64,000 bases of DNA from Laetmonice hystrix (Eukaryota), in NCBI GenBank assembly GCA_965235115.1, contig OZ249441.1:15562001-15626000 (forward strand). Direction: 5' to 3'. Positions 52,465 through 64,000 of the stretch are shown piece after piece. The stretch's first letter is position 1, and each line of letters opens with the position of its first letter. Made by a program: the position numbers and the translations under genes. Under the pieces are notes generated by a model, which was not told the origin of the DNA, ran no database searches, and saw nothing but the letters and a program-made list of their open reading frames with translations.

Positions 52465-54214
52465 ATTCAGGTACTAGTTATTGGTATTAGGCCTATTACT
52501 AATCAATTTATTGAAATTTTCACTGTATGATTCTCCCATGCCATTATATATTTAGCGCCTCTTGTTATTCAGAGAAACCCTTATAATCCTTATGTACTAT
52601 TATATGATTAAGATATTTCGGTTAACTGTGAGTTTATATTGTATTTTACTGTGCAAAACAGTTGGTATCCCGCAGTAAAAATAATCCGTAAAACGTCGCC
52701 TTCTGCATGTAAAAACCACAATGTACTTTGAAACATTGAAATAAGAAAAACGGTAGCAGTATTCTTTTTAACTTTTACCCTGTGTTAATGAATATTATAG
52801 CGGTAACATGATAAGACAGACATTAAAACCTGCTGTTGGCATGCATCTTTAAATGTGGCTATGAGAAAGGTCATAATGATATTGTGAACGTTATTAACTA
52901 GGCCTAGATATCCGACTAATTAGTATTCACAATTGCCATCTAAGTTGTCTTTATACAGACCAGGAACATATATAGGAGGCTCAGGTATAGGCATATAAAA
53001 TACATGTAAACATAGCCAATTATATAAATGTACGAACAATTGTATCTCTTCAGTGATTACTTGTATGAGAAACTATAAGCCTAGTATAAGAAAATACAGC
53101 TTTCCAATTATTCTCTTGTTTTATGACCGCCTATGTGCTATATACAAAATGATCAATACATGTAAATGTATGTTGCTATAATCAAACTCAAAAGACTGTC
53201 TCAGTAACCTTAGGTAAGGCCCCATGGAAGGCAGACAATATATGATCGATCTTAATAAGGAATGTTGGATACATAGTGTGACAATGAAGATCTGGTTATT
53301 CTTTGCAGCGTCTGACTGTCATACAAAATATGTGAAGACAAAACGTTACTACTGTAAAGTTGATATTAAATGATTTTATTTTAGGCATGTTGGTGTGGAA
53401 TACGATCTTGTGAATGTTGTTAAAATATGCGTTGGCTTACACATTGGTTGGTCATCCCCTTGCCCAAGCCGAGAACTGTTGCACGGCTCACTCCATCCGC
53501 CGCCGCCAGGGGCCCCCTAGCGGGAGTACAGTGAAGCAGTTCTACCCCAACTTGCCCAAGCCAACCCTCGTTCCATATGGACCCAGCCAGGTATGAGGCA
53601 TAGATTTAGGCCTACATCCCAATATTAGTGACGCTGTTGCCATTGACGCCTGCGCGAGTGGCACATCCTACCCATCCCAATATTCTTGACTTCATCATGA
53701 CGTAGGCCCCCCAGGCCTAATAAGAATCAGTGCTGTTATCTATCGGCAATCTGTGGAACTATGCATTGGCTACGTCCTAGGATCCCCTACCTTTATTTTG
53801 GCAAAGGCTGTAAGAATACACTTTAATTTGAACATGTTAATGTTGAACGTATGTTACCCCACCCCACTTCTACCTCTACAGTCATTTTCTGTACCTATAA
53901 TAGGCCTAATTTAACTTGGACAATATGGGTGTGGTTCCAGCGACTGAGTGGTTCGGACATTTGGTGGTTGCGCCAGACCCAGAGCGAGTCAGAGCTGTCC
54001 GAACCGAAGACCCGCAAAGCGAACGCGATTCCAAACGTTCTTTCATACAGTAGTCGGCTACTCAAGAAGCCTAAGCATTCCCTTACATTAGATAAGTGGG
54101 CACTGGTTGGGCCTCATCGCTATTAAAGAGATTTTAAAAGACCTCACCTTTCCAAAAAGACGTCTGAGCAGCACTGTGAAAAGTAGTACCAACATTTTCC
54201 ACTAGGTGTTATCT

Positions 54215-54369
54215 GCGCCATCTGGCGGAAACATATCGACTCGTTGATACGGGTTCTCCAAAACTTATAACGGCCACATTTTGTGTTGTGTGAAGTAGAA
54301 CTTCCCATTTAGCAAAAATTGCAGAACCGATGAATCAGAAGTCGGATTTTACTTCCTTCACATGTAAGT
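54215..54369 (+). promoter_or_regulatory. Candidate TSG101 promoter / non-coding first exon
   Basis: YY1-like GCGCCATCT at 54215 and a consensus donor GTAAGT at 54364. The TSG101 ATG exon starts after an acceptor at 60845, so an upstream exon must exist. Confidence 0.3.
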
Positions 54370-56301
54370 AGTGATATTAGACAAGTACATACACCAGTAG
54401 GCTTCCAATATAACTGGATCATCCTATAATTGGTGGCTATCGGTGGTAAGTCGGACCTAGGAGGAGATATGGTCCAAGTTAAAGACCCACTGTTAACTGA
54501 CAAGTTGGCTGTCACCAAACGGGTTGGGTCGCCACCCCGGAGGCTAATCATCGTTTCACAAAACAACAATATTGGCCCAGTCAGCTGGCGTATATCTGCT
54601 CGCAATGAGCGACAGTGGTCGCTTTATTGTGTAATCTCGGTTGTCAGGGATCCACTGTGCTACCGGTTAACAGGTAATTGTGTTGATCGTGTGAAAAAGT
54701 GCCACATTCGGATCACAACACCATAACAAGGACTGAGTGCGAGTGACGTGAAACGATGACCTCACCATCATTCCCTCACACACGGACTGTATACGGCGAT
54801 GATGTAATACAGCGTCAGTGTCAAGGAGTTTTGTCGGCAGAGACATTCTTACCAAACATAGATAATTAGACTAGATTGTCGAAGTGTATTAGGCCCCCTA
54901 ATGAGTATTGACTATTGTCAACCCAATGTCATCCGTTTCCAGGCCCAGATGAACTAGTCTACAGTCAGGGTAACGTTCTTCTGATTAAGATACAGAACAT
55001 TAAATTGGAAAGTGACTGAGACATTTATTTTAAAACATTTTAATTTCATGACAGCAAAATCAAGGGTTCTGCTTCTTACCTTTGCCATGATAGTTCTACT
55101 AGGTTTGGTCTAGTGCCCGGTGTCATGGTATGTTTTCTCCACTGGTCTGCAATCTCCAGGCGCATGGTTTCTTATTATTTAGAGACCGAAACTGACTGAG
55201 TGAGCACTTAGCTTTGAATTTAAATAAGGCAGCGTATTATATTTAGCTAGCAATGGCTTCTGAAGTTCTCACTGTATGCTTCCGTTTTTGACCATACTCA
55301 TGCACAGTAGTGCTATCCATAGTCTTCTCGTTACCCCTCATTGGTGGGTCTTTGCCCCACGCATAGAACCATGCGGACGTGGACGGTAACTGAGCGTTTC
55401 TGCGCATGACAGGCCTTGCGTTTTGAGGTGCGCGATCGCTCTCGCACACCTAAATTCTCTTTTTGGCGCGTGTATTTTCGCGCTCCATGGCTTAGGAAAT
55501 TGGAAAACGAACTACAACTGCACACAAGAGGTGGTGGGCTAATGACGCCAGTGACAGCAAAGTTGGGCAGCAACCGTCAACCCTATGAAACATGCTGAGA
55601 CGTGTATCAGCTAGATGCTTCACCAGACTGGTCATAGTGTGAAAACTCACTGTCCAGACGCCAGGGTCACCGTCACCTCCCATTGTTAATCGGGCTGTTA
55701 CTTTCCCTGGGCATTGAAAACAATAGGGCACACCTTTATTTTGGGAAGCCATCATATATTCACACGTAAAACAATGGGTGTTAAAGGAACACCATGCAGC
55801 TTTTGGTATACAGCAGGCCAGTTCTCACTAGGAACCTAGAGACCCAGGGATAATATACTGAACTAACTTCTTGACCATCCTCAGACACATGAGTGTCCAT
55901 CTATAATAGCCGCACCCCCAATCTATGATTACTTTAAGGAGGAAAAAAGTGTGGCTTGTACACGGAAGATTACGGTTCAAGAAAGGAATTCATACTGCTG
56001 GATTCAGTACTTTTATATTGTTTAAATTATCTTATGGTATCAGTTTCTGAAATATAATTAATCAGTCAATGTATTATATAAACATGGAACATTCAACTGA
56101 TGTAACAAAGTGTCATTTTAGACAGGAGAGCAAATCACTCTCCTGGGCATTTTTAGGAGGACTGTTAATAGCTCTACACCATTTTTCAAAGGCGCGATCA
56201 CTTTTAATGGGAACAGGTTTTTTAAAGGGGGGGCGCTAATAACCTTCACGTCCCATTTCTAATGCTGATTCCCCAGTAAAGGCAGTTGGTATTGGGTATT
56301 G

Positions 56302-57653
56302 CAGGCTTTCGTTTCTGTAAATTCGTCGAGAGCTGTTGATAGCTCTCGTTTATTTATGATGGGGAGCTATTTTCACTCTCCATCATAGTCCCCTAAACCA
56401 CTCCCAATTTGAAGTACCAAATGTTACTAATATATTTTATATTTATTATATTCTACCTGAATATTCAGTTTATTTTATCTGTATGTTTTTGTTAGGCCCT
56501 AATAAAAATTCAATCACTGGTTCACTTTGGCAATAATTTGTCATGGTCCAGACAGTGGGCACCTTGTAGTGGAGGGCTTTAATTTCACTGTGAGAAATAC
56601 ACATGTTCATGATGATTCAGCCCCCCCCCCCCCCCGTGAAGAAACCCTAACGTTTTCTCCTACCCCCTCCCCACTTGTGTTTATTGAGGTCTGCATGAAC
56701 CAGCTATATACACGTGAAATTCGTGCACATTAGCCAGCAATATTTTATACATAGATATCAAAACGAGATAGGCTCTTACATCCACGAATTACGTGTGAAT
56801 AGGGCTGGCCTTAGTTCAGTTTCTAAACGAAGTCTTCCAGAACACCGTTTAGTTGTCAAGTGACGCTGGTCCAGCGATTCTTGGACGCTCTGCGAAGAGG
56901 TCCGTTATCGCAACTTTGCGGCCTTCGTTTTGGTACTAAACTTCTTCGACGGAGCATGAAATCGATTTTTATAGAGAGCCACGGTATTGAAATTTCTATT
57001 CCGACCTTGATTATAATTATTGGACAAATATAACGTCCACACGGTCCGGTTGTTTACGAGCAAGTCGGGTCCGTAGGTCCGTCAACCATCTGCGGGGTAC
57101 TGAGTGACCGGGAACTGATAAAAGTTAGATCGCTACTGGTACCCGAAACGGGTAGCTTCACTCTGTGCCTCAGCGTCTGCTTGAACAGGTAGCGCGACCT
57201 ACTTATGCGGTCCGTTCCGGATGCACTATAGAAGTCGAAAATACGCACACCCGATAAACTGGGTCACCGCTGATCGCCCGCGCTGCGCTGTATATGACCA
57301 AACAAACTGAGAATTTCACCTACTAAGATAACATCCAACAAAATACATTTACGTATCTGTTGAAGTAACCTCTTTTGTTTACTCTCAGCAAGTTTCAGTG
57401 CCAAAAGTGGTCTAAAACATGACTTTGAGGCGATGATGCCCGGTAGGACCGAGATAGAACTCCGGCAGCATAGCAGTCGCTGGCGCATTTGTACTCGACG
57501 GTCAGAGTCCGCATGGACGTAAGGACTCTGACTTGTTGGAGTAGGCTGGCCTTGGAGAATTTTCACGGAGCGCGATTAGTCGCGCCGGATTGCAAAAAAA
57601 AACGAGCGCGATGGAGCGCGGGCGCGATCGCGCTCGTTTAAAACGAAAGCCTG
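56302..57653. mobile_element. 1352-bp non-autonomous DNA transposon with CAGG ends and a 6-bp TSD
   Basis: 13-bp TIR CAGGCTTTCGTTT / AAACGAAAGCCTG. GTATTG lies directly on both sides (56296-56301 and 57654-57659). GC-rich subterminal palindromes at about 57603-57636. No transposase ORF recognised. Confidence 0.8.
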
Positions 57654-59637
57654 GTATTGATATGATGGCCAGTGACCTCCATGTCCCCAATGTTTATATC
57701 TAACTGATCCCCCAGTAAAGGCAGTTGGTATTGGGTATTGATATGATGGCCAGTGACCTCCTTGTCCCCAATGTTTATATCTAATGCTGATCCCCCAGTA
57801 AAGGCAGTTGGTATTGGGTATTGATATGATGGCCAGTGACCTCCATGTCCCCAATGATTATATCTAATTCTGATCCCCCAGTAAAGGCAGTTGGTATTGG
57901 GTATTGATATGATGGCCAGTGACCTCCATGTCCCCAATGATTATATCTAACTGATCCCCCAGTAAAGGCAGTTGGTATTGGGTATTGATATGATGGCCAG
58001 TGACCTCCATGTCCCCAATGATTATATCTAATTCTGATCCCCCATTAAAGGCAGTTGGTATTGGGTATTGATATGATGGCCAGTGACCTCCATGTCCCCA
58101 ATGATTATATCTAATTCTGATCCCCCAGTAAAGGCAGTTGGTATTGGGTATTGATATGATGGCCAGTGACCTCCATGTCCCCAATGATTATATCTAATTC
58201 TGATCCCCCAGTAAAGGCAGTTGGTATTGGGTATTGATATGATGGCCAGTGACCTCCATGTCCCCAATGATTATATCTAATGCTGATCCCCCAGTAAAGG
58301 CAGTTGGTATTGGGTGTTGATATGATGGCCAGTGACTTCCATGTCCCCAATGTTTATATCTAACTGATCCCCCAGTAAAGGCAGTTGGTATTGGGTATTG
58401 ATATGATGGCCAGTGACCTCCTTGTCCCCAATGAATATATCTAATGCTGATCCCCCATTAAAGGCAGTTGGTATTGGGTATTGATATGATGGCCAGTGAC
58501 CTCCATGTCCCCAATGAATATATCTAATTCTGATCCCCCAGTAAAGGCAGTTGGTATTGGGTATTGATATGATGGCCAGTGACCTCCATGTCCCCAATGT
58601 TTATATCTAACTGATCCCCCAGTAAAGGCAGTTGGTATTGGGTATTGATATGATGGCCAGTGACCTCCATGTCCCCAATGATTATATCTAATTCTGATCC
58701 CCCAGTAAAGGCAGTTGGTATTGGGTATTGATATGATGGCCAGTGACCTCCATGTCCCCAATGATTATATCTAATGCTGATCCCCCAGTAAAGGCAGTTG
58801 GTATTGGGTATTGATATGATGGCCAGTGACCTCCATGTCCCCAATGATTATATCTAATTCTGATCCCCCAGTAAAGGCAGTTGGTATTGGGTATTGATAT
58901 GATGGCCAGTGACTTCCATGTCCCCAATGTTTATATCTAACTGATCCCCCAGTAAAGGCAGTTGGTATTGGGTATTGATATGATGGCCAGTGACCTCCAT
59001 GTCCCCAATGATTATATCTAATTCTGATCCCCCAGTAAAGGCAGTTGGTATTGGGTATTGATATGATGGCCAGTGACCTCCATGTCCCCAATGTTTATAT
59101 CTAATTCTGATCCCCCAGTAAAGGCAGTTGGTATTGGGTATTGATATGATGGCCAGTGACCTCCATGTCCCCAATGATTATATCTAATTCTGATCCTCCA
59201 GTAAAGGCAGTTGGTATTGGGTATTGATATGATGGCCAGTGACCTCCATGTCCCCAATGAATATATCTAATTCTGATCCCCCAGTAAAGGCAGTTGGTAT
59301 TGGGTATTGATATGATGGCCAGTGACCTCCATGTCCCCAATGATTATATCTAACTGATCCCCCAGTAAAGGCAGTTGGTATTGGGTATTGATATGATGGC
59401 CAGTGACCTCCATGTCCCCAATGTTTATATCTAATTCTGATCCCCCAGTAAAGCCAGTTGGTATTGGGTATTGATATGATGGCCAGTGACCTCCATGTCC
59501 CCAATGTTTATATCTAACTGATCCCCCAGTAAAGGCAGTTGGTATTGGGTATTGATATGATGGCCAGTGACCTCCATGTCCCCAATGAATATATCTATTA
59601 TCTAATTCTGATCCCCCAGTAAAGGCAGTTGGTATTG
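57654..59637. repeat. 81-83-bp satellite array, ~24 copies
   Basis: Unit ggtattgggtattgatatgatggccagtgacctccatgtccccaatgattatatctaattctgatcccccagtaaaggcagtt, with variants taattctg/taatgctg/taactg. Confidence 0.98.
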
Positions 59638-59968
59638 TAATCAAGATGTAGTTATTAGCACTTCTCTAGATCAGGACTGTTATCACCTGTCACTAGACCC
59701 AGACATTAACAGTGACCAGCAGAGATTAGACAGTTCCAAAATGGCTCAGAGCTGGTCCTTAAACTTTCCCATATTGTAGTGCTAATCTCAAGGATTATTT
59801 TTAGACTGATCAGGTATTAAGGAAACAGACCAAGCAGTAATCTTTAGTGTCATAAATCTTCCCCACTTGGCAGGTTTGGCAGGTCATACAATGTCATGTT
59901 GATAACTAGTTCTCTAGTCTCAATATGTATACAAGTCATAACATTTTGAGGGACTATTTGAGGGTCGG

Positions 59969-60402
59969 CAGGGGTGGAAATTAACACTCGCCCGCTTGCC
60001 CGTGGTGAGTTAAACCTCTGTTGGGCGACCTTGTCTGACCATTCAGGTCGCCCTGCTGGCGATTTGGCTAAAATTATTGGGCGAGCGATTTTTTTCCTGC
60101 AATCGCCTGCCCCCATAATGGCAGTCATCATGATACTACCGGGCAGAGAACTTAGAATGTTCAGTAGGTTCTAAGTTCTCCAGTTGCCCAATTCCACACC
60201 TTCTAGAGCCACGGCACAAGGCAGCACCTTCGATTTTACACATTTCTGTGGGTTGAATGGCTGGATAGTGGTCATGCGGAGGGTGAATAACCCTTCACCT
60301 GAACTCGCCCTGCTGGCTAGTTCATTTACAGCCGGGCTAGTTAAATTTCTACTTAACTAGCCCTGCTGGCTAGTAGGTGATTTCCCCCAATTTCCACCCC
60401 TG
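59969..60402. mobile_element. 434-bp non-autonomous element with CAGGGG ends and a 5-bp TSD (hAT5-like)
   Basis: Perfect 14-bp TIR CAGGGGTGGAAATT / AATTTCCACCCCTG. GTCGG at 59964-59968 and 60403-60407. Internal gccctgctggc occurs 3 times. Confidence 0.82.
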
Positions 60403-60875
60403 GTCGGGGTGTGCCTAATTTCAGGCATGATAGTGTACACTCTCCCTGTGATGTGCTATTGTATCATATGTACTACATGAAGCATGGCTTTTGATTTTCT
60501 TAAATTGTAAGCCAGGGTAAAAAATATTGGCCGTATTTTGACTCGCTAACAAAAACAGTGCTCACCACTGTGTCCAGGTATCAGTTCCCCATAAAAGAGA
60601 ATTTTAAGTTCACAGATACAGCGACTGCACAAGCAAAGGTGCAACTGATCACACCTCTATAGTATTAAGTTAAAAATAAGGTGAAGTAACTATGGGAGCT
60701 GATGTTGACATTACAATCAAGTCACCATTGCACCATGTTCGACTGTCAGCATGTTAAGCCAATCACTGCACCACTAGGTTTTGGCTTGAAATTGAATGCA
60801 ATGTATACTTGATTAAAAACTCTTGAATCCTCCTTGTTATTGCAGGCGAGGCCAGCACTAAAGGTGTGTGAGGAG

Positions 60876-63725
60876 ATGGCAAGCCACGAAGCCTACTTGA
60901 GAAGTGCACTCAGCAAGGTATGCTACATGTACAGAATACCCAATTCATGAAAACCTGCCAAAGAGTATGGTCTGATCAGAAATATTGGCAGTATCCAATG
61001 GTTATGGTGTTTAAAGACATGCTTATAATTTGATGGTACATTGTATACTTCTCATTGTTAAGCAATTGTTTTCCGTTTTCAGTACCAGTATCCTGACATA
61101 GCAAAACGGGATATCCTAAATGCTTTCCAGAATTTTACTGACCTCAGACCCAACCTGGACACATTTGGTGGGTAGTTTACATTTTGTAGAAACCAAGAGT
61201 CACGTTTTCCACAGAATAACCTATTTAAGTGGATTAATATGATATATCCTGTCATCATCAATTCAGTGCTATCAGATGGAAGATTTGTTCGTTACAAGAT
61301 AGTGTATGTTTTTTATAGAAGTCAGTATGGCCATATTTCCTAATTTTATATTCTAGTGTTTGATTTTATTCCAGTATTTAATGATGGAAGTAAAAAAGAG
61401 CTCGTTTGTTTGGAAGGCACTGTTCCCGTTATCTATAAAGGTATGTATCCTACATAGACTAGAGGTTTTACATGAAATATTTATTATGTGAAGATAGTAA
61501 ACTAAATTTTTTATCTCTGACAGAATTAAGAGCAAAAATCATACAATATTATATTAGGGTTTCCTACAGGCCTGTTTTGAAGCAGAGACTCCTGCCAACG
61601 AAGTGACTCCTCCATTGGCCCAAGCTGTTTGTTTATGTGAGGGAGCCTTGGTAGGGGCAGGTGGCTAAGGATTCAACCCTTATTTGGTGGTACTGTCCTG
61701 AGGAGGGCTTTGACGGTTAACTTTAGTTCTGACTACGATTGTTTCTAGGTAGTACATACAACATCCCGCTGTGCCTGTGGTTGATGGACACACACCCGTA
61801 CAATCCCCCAGTCTCATACGTCAAACCCACCGCACTCATGCAGATTATGCCTGGACGACACGTTGATGCCAATGGCAAAGTTTACCTGCCTTACCTACAT
61901 GAATGGAAACATGTAAGAGTAATAATATTATTTATTAATGATCAGGCTGGTCACCATGGCAACAAATGGTAATGTTCCCTTGTCGTTGTGTGAAGAGTGA
62001 TTATAACTATACATAGATCAAAAGCATTTTAGATCCTTTGTGTCCTTTGTTTCAGCATAACATCAAAGCCTCCAGTGTCATGTTTCAGTTATATGCCTGC
62101 CAGTACAAAGATTGTGTTTTTTGAAGATGATGCCATAATTGTTTTCATTTCTTTTCTCCTGCCAGCCTCAGTCAGATCTCTTAGGTTTGATACAGATTCT
62201 GACCATTGTGTTTGGTGAGGAGCCACCCGTTTATTCAAGGGGTAGTCAGCCACCTCCGCGACCTCGCGCCTATCAAAATGTGGCCAATCCATACCCAGCT
62301 CAAGGTAAGGCATCAGAATTCTGACGAACGCCAAGTAGCCTTGATAGGTCATGATATGGTCATAAAATTCATATTCCTGGAAAACCACAGGGAAAGACCT
62401 GAAATACTGTTTTTATCCAATATATTTTGAAACGTGCAGATCACAAAGATCTCAGTGTAATAAAAGCTAACCAAAAAAACCATCTTGTGTTGTCAATGCA
62501 GGAGTTCCGATGCCCAGCTATCCGGGAGGTGCTGCCAGCTACCCACAAGTCCCAGCGACGCAGTCCTACCCTGGTTATCCATCATACCCCCAGCAATCTT
62601 CAGGATACCCGGCACAGCAGAATCCAAGTTATCCCAGTTACCCCTTCTCACAAACACAGACAACCACCACCCAGAGCAGTGGTGAGTCTCCAACCATAAA
62701 TAGCACCCCCTGGCACCCTTTCTACAACAACTACCCCCCACCCCCCCCTCCAAGAAAAGGTAGCCGTGCACTTCTTTGAATAGACTACATCATTTTGTTC
62801 TTATTACCCCGGTACTTTATTTATTTTCACATCAGTTTTATCACTTTGACCTTTCCAAATTGAGGTTTTGCAAAAAAGAATGGATTTTTAAAAACTTTAA
62901 CGTGTGGTGCTGAGACAGTTGATTTTTTATGGAGTTTGTTGGCGAGATCTGGGATTAGAAGGAATTATTTTTATGTTTTCCAGCAGCCAACAGCCTGTCT
63001 GACGAACAGATCCGAGCCTCGTTACTCTCAGCTGTCGAAGACAAAATGCGACGTCGCCTTAAGGAAATATTTGCTCAGGCTCAAGTATGGTTCAGCAGCA
63101 TGTAAATGATAGGTGTAGCGTGTAATCAAATCGATAAAAATCTGTCAACTAGATGATAAATCCTTAAACATGTACTTGAATGATGTGTATTTATTGAAAG
63201 CACCATTCACTGTACTCCCTAATTGTGTTTATTAATCAAGGGGTATTTCTGCTTGCTTTATTTCTTTTGCTTTATGTGTAATTGTGGTCTAATTATTGTG
63301 TAGGCAGAGATGGATGCATTAAAGAGGACCCAGGATGACCTTGGAAAGGGCAAACAAAACTTGGAAGATATGTTAACACGACTGGAACGTGAACAGGTAA
63401 TGTGGAACATGAGAATCTGCAAGTAATGTTAACCATATTTTGTAATGCTAACTAAAAAACATTTTTCAGGGAATCAAAGTACATGTACGTGTATTCATAT
63501 CAGCAGGACCTGACTGAAAAGCATGAAATTATTTATTCAATCTTTAGATACCAATTGCCTGTAGTGTAAAGCAAGTAATTTTTAATTCCAGAATGAGGTG
63601 GAAAACAACATCCGACTGCTTGGAGAAAAGAATGAGGAACTCAAGGCTGTCCTTTCCAGGATGGAAAATCAGGACGAGGTGGACATTGATGATGCCGTTA
63701 CACCGACTGCCCCGCTCTATAAACA
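60876..63725 (+). CDS. TSG101: Tumor susceptibility gene 101 protein (ESCRT-I), coding exons 1-9; the 3' end is beyond the window
   Basis: Exons 60876-60917, 61083-61167, 61375-61440, 61749-61912, 62166-62304, 62502-62681, 62984-63084, 63304-63396 and 63592-63725 join in phase. UEV domain ([37 protein letters not shown]), Pro/Tyr-rich region, IRASLLSAVEDKMRRRL coiled coil, and VTPTAPLYKQ. Confidence 0.97.
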
Positions 63726-64000
63726 GTAAGTCAGTCAGTCGTTGATGCCGTTACACCGACTGCCCCGCTCTATAAACAGTAAGTCAGTCAGTCCTTGATG
63801 CCGTTACACCGACTGCCCCGCTCTATAAACAGTAAGTCAGTCAGTCGTTGATGCCGTTACACCGACTGCCCCGCTCTATAAACAGTAAGTCAGTCAGTCG
63901 TTGATGCCGTTACACCGACTGCCCCGCTCTATAAACAGTAAGTCAGTCAGTCGTTGATGCCGTTACACCGACTGCCCCGCTCTATAAACAGTAAGTCAGT
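63690..64000 (+). repeat. 53-bp minisatellite made of the TSG101 exon-9 3' end plus its splice donor, at least 6 copies, running off the window
   Basis: Unit tgatgccgttacaccgactgccccgctctataaaca|gtaagtcagtcagtcgt at 63690, 63743, 63796, 63849, 63902 and 63955. Confidence 0.98.

Noticed and set aside
53162-53423. Possible spliced Cys-rich peptide (CCYNQTQKTVSVTL / ASDCHTKY / ACWCGIRSCECC), cystine-knot- or defensin-like
   Set aside because: The first segment has an in-frame stop upstream with no ATG or acceptor, the joins need weak donors, and the Cys spacing fits no family I know.
57576-59644. Many near-identical minus-strand ORFs (MGTWRSLAIISIP...), and C/D-box-like words (ATGATGG...CTGA) in each satellite unit suggesting a snoRNA array
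   Set aside because: The ORFs shift frame with the 81/83-bp unit. Box C is imperfect, the C-to-D span is only about 48 nt, the terminal stem is 2 bp, and no rRNA-complementary guide was recognised.

Overview
Repeat-rich, intron-containing animal genomic DNA, probably from a lophotrochozoan invertebrate (inference from the gene repertoire). It has three assembly gaps (25245-25501, 31835-31962, 40358-40596) and no prokaryotic features, CRISPR array, rRNA or intact tRNA. Four + strand genes can be reconstructed by hand from splice sites and phase. (1) A class A peptide GPCR of the FMRFamide-receptor-like group with a single coding exon. (2) A 5-exon, ~221-aa type-I membrane protein with a peritrophin-A/CBM14 chitin-binding domain, essentially invisible in the ORF track. 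(3) A 10-exon, ~866-aa TRPC-like channel. (4) TSG101, whose first 9 coding exons are present before it runs off the window. The rest is MITEs (TTAA/Kolobok-like, TAA/TTA/CAG Harbinger-like, TA, and CAG-ended elements with 5- or 6-bp TSDs), one clean 5'-truncated LINE insertion, a V-SINE-like copy, decayed retroelement fragments and many tandem repeats. The most unusual observations are these. A 53-bp minisatellite multiplies the TSG101 PTAP-coding exon end together with its splice donor. A transposon with a 6-bp TSD is inserted in the founding unit of an 83-bp satellite. The palindromes TAGGCCTA and TACATGTA are strongly over-represented. No clearly new multi-gene system could be demonstrated from sequence alone.
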